Assembly (NCBI GenBank): GCA_965235115.1
Contig: OZ249451.1
Location: 20,336,001-20,400,000, forward strand
Direction: 5' to 3'
DNA from: Laetmonice hystrix
Taxonomy: Eukaryota
DNA: 64,000 nt
A program made the translations under genes and the position numbers. Below are positions 48,528 to 58,517 of this stretch, piece after piece. Positions within the stretch are counted from its first letter, which is position 1, and each line of letters begins with the position of its first letter. Below the pieces are notes generated by a model. That model did no database searches, was not told the DNA's origin, and was given only the letters and a program-made list of their open reading frames with translations.

Positions 48528-48868
48528 CCGCGCAGAACTACGGCAGTGACTCCAAACGAACACGGACCGCCTACACTCGACATCAAATTCTCGAGTTGGA
48601 GAAAGAATTTCACTTCAACCGCTATTTGACACGGAGACGGCGAATCGAAATCGCTCACTCGCTCTGTCTAACGGAGAGACAAATCAAGATTTGGTTCCAG
48701 AACCGACGGATGAAATGGAAGAAGGACCACAAGTTGCCCAACACCAAAGTTCGGTTGTCGGATTCCTCCAACAACAACGGGTCTGAGATGGGAATGTCTC
48801 CGGAGAGAGACTGTACACCGGCAGGTCTAACGTCTCTATCTCCGGAACATGACGATATATCGGCCTGA
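48528..48868 (+). CDS. Hox4: Hox4/Deformed coding exon 2 (homeodomain 48551-48730, LPNTK motif, stop TGA 48866-48868)
   Basis: [60 protein letters not shown] followed by KLPNTK, which is diagnostic of paralogy group 4. It is in frame with exon 1; the total is 894 nt = 297 aa plus stop. Confidence 0.97.
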
Positions 48869-50199
48869 AACCCCCAACACCCCAACACCAATCACCCCTT
48901 TTGACCCTACCCCCCATAACACTTCTTGATAACATTATATTGGACAAGGAGGGGGTGAGGTATATATATGTATAAATATATACGTTAATGAGTGCCACAA
49001 TACCCATTGTCCATCCCCCTCTGTGTGCTCAGTTTAACTCTATATATTTATACATAGATATGTTTATGGATGTACATTATATACACGCGTCCAGTCGTGT
49101 ATTAGGCCAAACAAAGGCCGGACCAGTGGAACCATAGTTTTACTCATTATTAAAATACTTCAGATTTGTATGGAAGTGATTTTTTTCTTTTCGTTTATTT
49201 TTCGGTTAACTGAGTCAGACTTATTTTTAGTCCATCCTTTGACCAAATAGTACGTGAACTACTGATCGTAGTGGTCAGCTGACGAAGGAGTGTTTAAACA
49301 AATGGTGTGTCTAAACAAATGGTGCTCAATGTGTCCCATACTTGACACTTGTAATGTCACTCCAATCACCGAATTTAAAAACGCCCAGTTTGTTCAAGGA
49401 CGGAACTAAGGGAAACTCCCACATCGACGAAAAAAAGAAATTCTACCCAAAACAACAGAAAGAACCGAAAAAGAACCGAATTACAGGCTGCCAGCTGGAG
49501 ACATATAACATCTAAGATGACTCCCGTTCACATACAGAAGCGTGTTATACCATACCGTGAGGTATACATATGTCGGATACATATATAATAGATGAATCGA
49601 TCAGACCCAGAGCTGTATCTAAATTCTAACCAGGAATACATAGTTGTCACATTGACTTCATTCGTGAAACGTCACTGCAAGGATTGGCCCAGGTCAAGAA
49701 TGACATCACGGTTACAAACGACACTGTTCGATAACATTGAATACGAGGACAACATTGACGTCAACCATTATTGATATCAATATATGAGACCACGCGTGCC
49801 CACTCAACCGTGACTTGCCTACGATGGAGGCATATATATCTGGACGCGGACATGGCTGGGCTGTGTATCTCCAGTATATACTGGACGGACTATGGGTACA
49901 TACATATGTATATGTATAGCCTGGATGGAGAAGCATTCCCATCATGCTCCAGGGCTGAGCGCTATGAACCCAGGATTATGATTCCTGAGATTTCTTACAA
50001 TCCACCATTGAAAGGAAATGAAAAATTACTGCTCCTTAAAGGAGCGTTGACCTCATCATTGTTATTCGAGTCATTATGAACGTGTGTAGTAGATTTCTTC
50101 CCAAGTCGTTGATAGACACTCGGCGGACATGTTGGTGGCACCTTTCGTTTGCAAAATACCACAGCAAGGAAGGGAGAAAAAATCAACGTGCGAGTTTTA

Positions 50200-50256
50200 T
50201 GTGACGTCACCACGACTGCATACGTTTGTGACGTCACCACGACTGCATACGTTTGT
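50200..50256. repeat. 27-bp tandem duplication, each copy carrying the palindrome GTGACGTCAC
   Basis: tgtgacgtcaccacgactgcatacgtt occurs twice. Confidence 0.9.
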
Positions 50257-51115
50257 TATGGATGTGTACCCTATAGTCCTTGTGTCGTGCTTTGTAGACC
50301 TCTAATCTCAGTGGACTGTTTTTACCAAGCAGACTGTATGTATACCCTATATATATACACCCAAGTCATTATATATATACCACAGACATGGATGAACATT
50401 CGCTGTACTCGGCCTGCAGAAACTGCCTCTCTTGTGACACATGTCAAAAAAGTACCGTAAGAGCCTTTACTTGTAAAACAAAAAAAAATATATCAAAGTT
50501 TTTGAACATGACGCAGATACAAGCAACTTCTCCCAAATGTCTACTTGATCCGACTATTTTGTACAAAGATATAGCTGTACCTATGCGCTTCGCATGCCTG
50601 TAATATTGCAAGAATTATTTATGTATACGGTAGAAGTTGTTCGTACCATATGATATACCATTATATACACTAATCATGTCAATCAACACACACTCCAACC
50701 AAACTGAGGTGCCTAACAAGGATCATTATGACAGAAACAGGACTTATATCTTCATCCTTGAAATGATATATTCATAAAAAAACACACAATTGTCCTTTCC
50801 CTGAATGAGGTGGTGTAGAACCTCTCCTGATGTTTTTTGTGAGTCGTTCGTTGTTTACTATATCTAGAGACTGTACATTTTCCATTGTGGTTGTAAACAA
50901 GTTGAGATGGCATTTAAATATTAATAACTATTATAATTATATTATATCATAAAAGTGACTTCATGTGAGTGAGAGAGCTGTATAGTTGTGTTTAATCTGT
51001 AAGAGTTGTCAGTGAGCTATAATTATATATATATATAATGTATGTAATATAGATGTTATATACATTATATATACACATCAGCCTGGCCTTGATGTAATTT
51101 GTAAAGACGTTTTAT

Positions 51116-51157
51116 CTGAGGGCGAATTGCTGAGGGCGAATTGCCGAGGGCGAACCG
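51116..51157. repeat. 14-bp triplication (cYgagggcgaaYYg)
   Basis: Direct reading of the sequence. Confidence 0.8.
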
Positions 51158-51834
51158 CTGCAGAACACAGACTAAAAAAATCGGCGGGAGTTAAGAAAGA
51201 AAAAAGTTTGAAATTGTAGCTGAACTGTAAAGAAAGGTACGTCAACAGGTTAATGAGGTCACAATGACGTCATGTGATTAAGGAACGCTAATTGTGATTG
51301 GTGATCGGGGGGTGGGGTATTTTTGCACAGCTGGATGATTCGTGAGATATTCATCTCAAAAACTCGGTAATCAGGGTCTTACACAAGAATCTCGAGTTTT
51401 CTGACTATATCGTATTTATTTTACATTCTATATATATTATGTATACCACAGTTACATATGTGCGGTCATGGAAGGGGCGTCCCCAATGGTTCAAGGACAT
51501 GAACGTTCTGCAGCGGTTTGTCCCCCATTCTGTATACAGTAGTATACAGTTGTATATGTAACCGATCAGGGGTGGTCAATCAGAGAGATTCGGTGATCAA
51601 TAAGCCAGATCACCGGTCCTCGTCACTGGCCGTGGGAACGTTATCCAGGAGTTTTGGAGGTGGACACAGCCATCTGTGCTGCCACAGCTAGGGGGACCTC
51701 AGAATGACAAGGGGCCCCCTAGAAACTGCAATAATTTCATGCCCTGTTCTCGATAACTTTGATACCTTTGACAAGTCATGTCTCAGATTAGTTAAAGGAT
51801 GTGTATTTTATTTTATTTTTCCCCTCTCATTTTC

Positions 51835-51840
51835 AATAAA
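51835..51840 (+). terminator. Possible Hox4 polyadenylation signal AATAAA (would imply a 3'UTR of about 3 kb)
   Basis: First canonical AATAAA I found after the stop codon, with GT-rich sequence downstream. ATTAAA at 49149 is an alternative. Confidence 0.25.
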
Positions 51841-53068
51841 GACGTTTTGAGGCGAGTAAGTAATTGTAGTGTCTTATTTACATGAAAGTTCTGTCGACAA
51901 TAAGGAAATGAGTTTGTGGCTCATTGCAGTATAGATGTCATAACTTTAATGTGTAGATAGGTGGCTAAATCCTTTACAGTATAACCTACAACCGAGGTAA
52001 AGATTTTCCGCAGTGTTAGCGATATTTTAAAGAAAATATCAACTTTATTAAGTTTCCCTCCACCTGGCGTGGTTTCAAAGTCTGCAGGTGTTTAAAGTTA
52101 ACTCTTGTGGGTGTCTATTTTGTGTTTTTTTAAACAGCAGGATACATTGCACTTCGTCATTACACAAGTATCATGTCTCCTGTGAAAATCGTTCAATAAC
52201 TGTTCTTAATTCCATCCTTTGTCGCAGCCCCCAAAGTCTGGCACACAAATGTCTTTGTTCGACACCAGTTTTACCTAATTCAGAAGCAATTTGAACATGA
52301 TGTATCATTGTCATTCTTCTCTTCGTTCAGCGACGATCATGAAATGACAGATTTGCTTCAACCGCTGCTTCTCTTTTCTTTTTGGCGGCGGTAATTCAGT
52401 ATTTGAGACCAGATCCATTTTAAACATACTGTTGTTTGGAAGGGCCCCTGGCTTCCCCCCTGCGTCCCAAACAATGCCGTCGACGCGAATTTCCCCCTCC
52501 GTAAAGTGGCTGACACATTGTAAAGAGGTAGCATCTTCTCAAGCCTGGTGCCTCTCGTTCCCTCTCTCTCTGAGAATAATGGCGCGCGTCCTCTCTTGGA
52601 ACTCGAGCAAGATGGAAGGGCAAACCAGGACCTAAAGGCGTTGCACACGGGCAAAGCCCAGGCCCGCGGCATTCGAGAATCAATCATTGCCTCTTCCGTC
52701 GTGTCCTTAAAAGCGTGGCCAAACTCGCCATTATGGTCCACAAAGGTGCTCCACTCCGGCAGGCCGTTTCTCCCCGTTATGACGCCTCCCCTAGCCCTAT
52801 TCCATCCTTCTATTAGATTACGAGCGCAGCAGGAAAGTGCATTGTGTGGCGTCTTGAACGTTCGTCTCGGCGGCGTTTTCAGGCTGTTAACGCACTCCGA
52901 GCAAGGAACACTAGCCAAGCCAACGCCAACACCCCCACCACCTCCTCCTGCTCCCCCTCCCTCCTCCACACCCCTCCCCCCCCCCCCAACACACACACTC
53001 TCCTCCGATATGTCATCCAAGCAGAAATCATATTAAGTTCACAGTTCTGCTGACCAAGATCCCGTTGA

Positions 53069-53082
53069 CGGCCCCCTGGTGG
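53069..53082 (-). promoter_or_regulatory. Candidate CTCF site (CCACCAGGGGGCCG)
   Basis: Perfect 12-nt core CCACCAGGGGGC. Confidence 0.6.
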
Positions 53083-56000
53083 GAATGTGAGTGGTTGCTG
53101 AGACTAAAGCAGTAGGCAAGGTATCTTCTCCTGTCTATAGGTGCTCCAGGGCGAACAGCATGTGGTTTCACTTATATGACATGAGGTATTGCGAGTTAGG
53201 CAAATCAAGCAACTATTTCACGTGCCGCTTTGAGTTGTTGAGCCAATATACATCCAAGAGGGAGAACTTATAATAGTGTGTCTAACGTGAAAGATTTCTC
53301 GAGAGTACTAACGTAGGCTATGCCAGTTTCAAGATGAGGCTCTGTTAGTTATCCTTGTATTTATCTCAGAGGGTTTCAACAGGATAGTTTTATTGTGGCG
53401 TTGGAGGAAAAAATACACATTTTAAATATCTTTTCTCGATATATATCATTTGAAATTAGGCTGCATATCTCAGGGGAGTAAAAGGACTGACTATTTGAGG
53501 AGAATTGTTACTTTATTATAATTGACGTCAAAATGGGACAAACGATACCACCCTCATCGAGGTCACAGAACTATTAATTAGGAAATCCTTAATTAGTGTT
53601 ATTACGTATGTTGACTAAGCGAGGATGTTGATATGACATATAGTGTACATCAGTTTATGTCAGACCCCCAAGCATGACGGAAGTACATGGTCTGCTACTT
53701 GTTACCGGGCAACTAATGTGAACATTTCGACGTGGCGGCCGGGTTCTTTTAATTAGTTGATAGCGAGGGTTGCGGGCAATTTGTTTTGTAGGGGAGTTCT
53801 TAGATCAAAGGGCTTGGATTTACAAGCTATCAGTCACGCATTACCCCAGCGGACACCTGTGTACGATTGACCCCTTGAGAACGAAACGATACCTTGACCG
53901 ACTTCAATGGTATACTCACGTTAAAGATCCAAACTTCCAACGCCATGGCTGTAGGGAAGTTCAAGTTCCTGCCTTGCCGACATATAATAGCCGTCGGCAT
54001 TACGGTATAGTCTGAATAAGTTCACAACTTTGCATTGTTTACACAATGTGTTAGAGGTACATATATATATACCCGAGGCTTGGCAAGCAAGCGGGTGACT
54101 TGCCTTATACAATTACTTTGTCAGAACGACTTGTCTTGTGTCAACATAACAGTAAGAACATTTTAAGTGGCGATAGAACCCCTGCGTTTTTACCCGTTCG
54201 CTGTCCCCACACTCTACTGTCAACCGTTGCACATGTGATACGTTACCATTAACAGTTTTGCTCGCGACTACAATGCAGAGTTGTTGGTCGTGACTTTACT
54301 TTCACCTTTGGCTGCTATTAAAGCCTATCAGTTAAATGTTCCCATGGGTGATCCATTACAGCAAAGAGACCATGTCACAGTGATACATAGATCGGGTTCA
54401 CCGCCAGCATGTCGAAAATTTCACTAAAAGTCGTCTGCGTAACGCGCGCGTCACTTTGTTCTTGGCGGGAAAGGCGGTCGGGCCCCGTCAAAAGTTGGGT
54501 GGCATTCCCGGTCCGCCCAAAATGGCTGACACTTGATGGATGACTTTTAACGTCCACGGCAATTAATCAACGGCTTTATTCTATTCTGGTGGCGGCCAGT
54601 TGGTGGACATTCACGGTGGAGTTGGGGGAAAGGTTTGGGCTGCAGTAGGTCTATACACCCACTCGCCAGTGCGCTGATAGTTAGGGCGGACTGGAGTTTT
54701 CTAAACGTTGAAGTTTTGTAGTTGAATATACGGTTAAAATATCTTCACAACACTCATGAATTGTCATTTTAGAGAAAATACCTCTGTTTTCGAGCTTTGT
54801 TGTAACATGATGGTCGAGTTTAGTTACAGTTACGGGTTAACAGAGTGTTGTACATCAACATGACATCAGATATGAATGCCTTTTGTCCAATGCAACCCGT
54901 ACTACTGTCACGGAGTTCGGTCCTCTTGTGTGTATGTTTATGGGCCAAAACAGCCCGCACAGTTTACGGAGGTCACACCTGTGACATTTATAGGCTAGGC
55001 CTTGTATACATCAGTGTGGCGCCTACACACGTCATCAAGGTTTTCGTTCATGTGGCTGTATTGGTTTACGCTCATTTCTATTCAACAAGGTTTAACTTGC
55101 ATGACCTCTGGGCAAGGGGAGCTGGTCTCCGAACGACCTAGTTGTAGGTAACAAGTCAGAATACTTTGTGTTATATGCAGTCATGAGAAATATGCATTTT
55201 CATGTCATCCGCTGTATAAATAGTGAAATCAAAATGACTGAACCATCTACGCTGAGAGTAAAAATGGGCCCTGGTGAAAGTTAGATGGTGGGCATTGAGC
55301 TGGCAAGGAAATGCATTCCTGAATGCTGATAGGACTGACGGATAGGTCAGGGGACATCTTCATTGAGAGGTGTGTGTGTGTGTGTGTGGGGGGGGGGGGG
55401 GTGATGGACGTGGTCAGACCTTGGATGAATGGCCGGGCTGACCATGGAAACGAACAGCCCTTTGAGGCTGAGAGTTATAACGGGTTGGGGTGGTTGACTT
55501 ATTGTAGCCGGTTAGACCGGGGAACGCGGTGTTTTCTTCACATTCATTTGAATCTTGAGATTTAATCAGAGAGAACCAATGAGAATCAAAGAAAACGTCG
55601 TGGGAAGGAGAGAAATGGGTAGTGCTAATTTCAATTTTCGTTTCAAGTCGTAAACATAATTATTAGTTCCATGATTATCTTATCAATTCCACGCCGAAAT
55701 TATCATTTAATAACCTAATATCAAACTTCATGTAAAGAATAGATAATTATTCTATTTTTATATTGGCTAACAATCACAACGTTCACTTTGTCACAATTCG
55801 CGTATTTTTATAAACCAAAATTACCGATCTAAATTACCGTAAGTTCTCAAAAAAATCGGGAGTTTAATTTTCGTATATGCTACAGATATTCTTAGTAAAA
55901 ATGGCGATATAATTATAAGCTAGCGAAATTAATCAAATAAATTTGTTCATGCAGTGGAAATATATGTTAGCATATATGTGAGTATAGTTCACGATTTGAA

Positions 56001-56223
56001 CGGTGTATTAAACAAATGCTTTGCATCTATGCTCATCTGTATTTCTCTATTGTAATATAGTGCTGTAATAAATTATTTTATGTCGCTCGGCCACCATACG
56101 GACGGCAGTGTAAATACGCGACGGCCGAGGCGGTATTTAGTTCCATGGACACGGTAATTCTGCCTGTCCTTATTCAACAGTCAGGTCATAGACTTAGAGC
56201 GGTTCAGGTGCACGGGTTGGCTG

Positions 56224-56240
56224 TGAACTCGGGCTGACCC
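56224..56240 (-). promoter_or_regulatory. Perfect DR5 nuclear-receptor element (GGGTCA gcccg AGTTCA), RARE type
   Basis: The + strand reads TGAACT cgggc TGACCC. Extra half-sites lie at 56183 (AGGTCA) and 56201 (GGTTCA). Confidence 0.45.
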
Positions 56241-57037
56241 GGCCTTCTAGGCCCACGAGCGATAGGCGCTCACAATATATAGGCCTAACGCCATGCACAG
56301 CCACTGCCGTGTAGTAGTGGTAGGTGGGTGGTAGTAATGCCAACCCAACACATGACCGCTATTTCTAGACCAGTGACCCTTCCCCAGCTGGTCCGTGCAG
56401 CCCTTGGGCCCTCCGCCCTGGCCCGGGCTGCCTCAGTCCGCCTACAAGGGGGGATGGAATTTTTCTACTTCGGTACGGTGGGGGAAACTTGCGGAAAGTT
56501 GAACGCTGGCGAATTACAATATGGTTCAGCTAGAGACCTACTACCTGAGTGCTGGTAATAGTGCTGTACCTTTGTCTACTTATAACCCATATTTAGTGAC
56601 GGGCAGGGTCCATTTTCTAAATGGAATAGCGGCGGATCGATATATTTAGTGCAGCGGGGTGTGGCAAGCAAAGATGATGTTTCCCCGCCGGCCGGTGGGC
56701 CGAGATGATGGATGCCTCTGCTAGGGAGATCGAACTTGTCGATGGAAGCATGCGCAGGGAGAGTGGCAGTGTGGGTGTGTGGGTGTGGGGTTCTCGGCAC
56801 CCCCACCAATGAATGGTGGGTGATTTCTCCCCGCCCGACCCCCACAACCCTGATAGAACCCCCCCCCCTGCCCCCCCCCCCCCCCCAGAACCCCCAGTGC
56901 CAGGAAACGTCTGACCATTTACCCACACATCCCTGAACCGTTGCCGTATTGGATCTGACAGGGACGGGGGTTTCTAGCATCCGGGTCCTGATCCGACAGG
57001 CGCAAGTCAAGTGTTTCCTGGTGTAGTCGGACTCTAT

Positions 57038-57784
57038 CACTCCCAACATCACTCCAAACCAACCAACCACTCCCAACATCACTCCAAACCAACCAACCAC
57101 TCCCAACATCACTCCAAACCAACCAACCATTCCCAACATCACTCCAAACCAACCAACCACCCCCAACCTCACTCCAAACCAACCGACCACTCCCAACATC
57201 ACTCCAAACCAACCATTCCCAACATCACTCCAAACCAACCAACCACTCCCAACATCACTCCAAACCAACCAACCACTCCCAACATCACTCCAAACCAACC
57301 GACCACTCCCAACATCACTCCAAACCAACCATTCCCAACATCACTCCAAACCAACCATTCCCAACATCACTCCAAACCAACCACTCCCAACATCACTCCA
57401 AACCAACCATTCCCAACATCACTCCAAACCAACCAACCACTCCCAACATCACTCCAAACCAACCAACCACTCCCAACATCACTCCAAACCAACCGACCAC
57501 TCCCAACATCACTCCAAACCAACCATTCCCAACATCACTCCAAACCAACCGACCACTCCCAACATCACTCCAAACCAACCATTCCTAACATCACTCCAAA
57601 CCAACCAACCACTCCCAACATCACTCCAAACCAACCATTCCCAACATCACTCCAAACCAACCAACCACCCCCAACATCACTCCAAACTAACCAACCACCC
57701 CCAACATCACTCCAAACTAACCAACCAACCCCAACATCACTCCAAACCAACTAACCACTCCCAACATCACTCCAAACCAACCAA
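57038..57784. repeat. 26/30-bp C/A-rich minisatellite (CACTCCCAACATCACTCCAAACCAACCAAC), about 26 copies
   Basis: Direct reading. There is almost no G on the + strand. Confidence 0.95.
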
Positions 57785-58195
57785 TCAACTGGCTACACTT
57801 TCCCAGGGCTGGTAGAAAATCAGTGAGCTTTCCCAGCCCTACATCGGTGGTCAAAAAATGACACGGTCACGGACCAAAAAACACCCACCATGTCTCCTAA
57901 TTATGTACATTCCCTAATCGTTCACTTGGGTCTTTTATTGCAATGATAATAATCATATCGGACCTGTATTTGAGCTTGCGAGATCAGCACAGATGAGTCT
58001 ATTAAATTGCCACACCGGTGTGTATCCTAAATACATTCAAGTCCTGGGGAAGGTGTCCAAATTCAGGGATCAAAGCTTTTACTGGGATAAAAGGATCCTA
58101 GAGGGAGGTCATCAACTTGATTGGCACTAGGACAATATCACAGGTGTCACTTGATTTTTGAATATTATTCTTTGTTTGAATATAATTAAGGTTCT

Positions 58196-58517
58196 GATGC
58201 TAGCGACTGATCAGAACATGCCTGGAACACGTAAGTTGTATCAGTTTTAGAGATGCTAGCGACTGATCAGAACATGCCTGGAACACGTAAGTCGTATCAG
58301 TTATAGAGATGCTAGCGACTGATCAGAACATGCCTGGAACACGTAAGTTATATCAGTTATAGAGATGCTAGCGACTGATCAGAACATGCCTGGAACACGT
58401 AAGTTGTATCAGTTATAGAGATGCTAGCGACAGAACACGTAAGCTGTATCAGTTATAGAAATGCTAGCGACTGATCAGAACATGCCTGGAACACGTAAGT
58501 TGTATCAGTTATAGAGA
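58196..58517. repeat. 56-bp tandem repeat, about 5.7 copies
   Basis: Units start at 58196, 58252, 58308, 58364, 58420 (internally deleted) and 58460. Confidence 0.95.

Noticed and set aside
48596-48868. ORF 48596..48868 as an independent gene
   Set aside because: It begins at a TTG inside the homeodomain and is the 3' part of Hox4 exon 2.
48869-51840. miR-10-5p seed site (ACAGGGT) in the presumed Hox4 3'UTR
   Set aside because: No 7-mer site was found; only a 6-mer CAGGGT at about 51372, which is not informative.
52358-53036. Overlapping 220-aa (-) and 162-aa (+) ORFs
   Set aside because: No recognisable domain; partly sustained by GC-rich and C-run sequence. A blastx hit would be needed to reconsider.
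56576-57754. His/Pro/Thr-rich and VVGWFGVMLG ORFs
   Set aside because: Translations of the 26/30-bp minisatellite.
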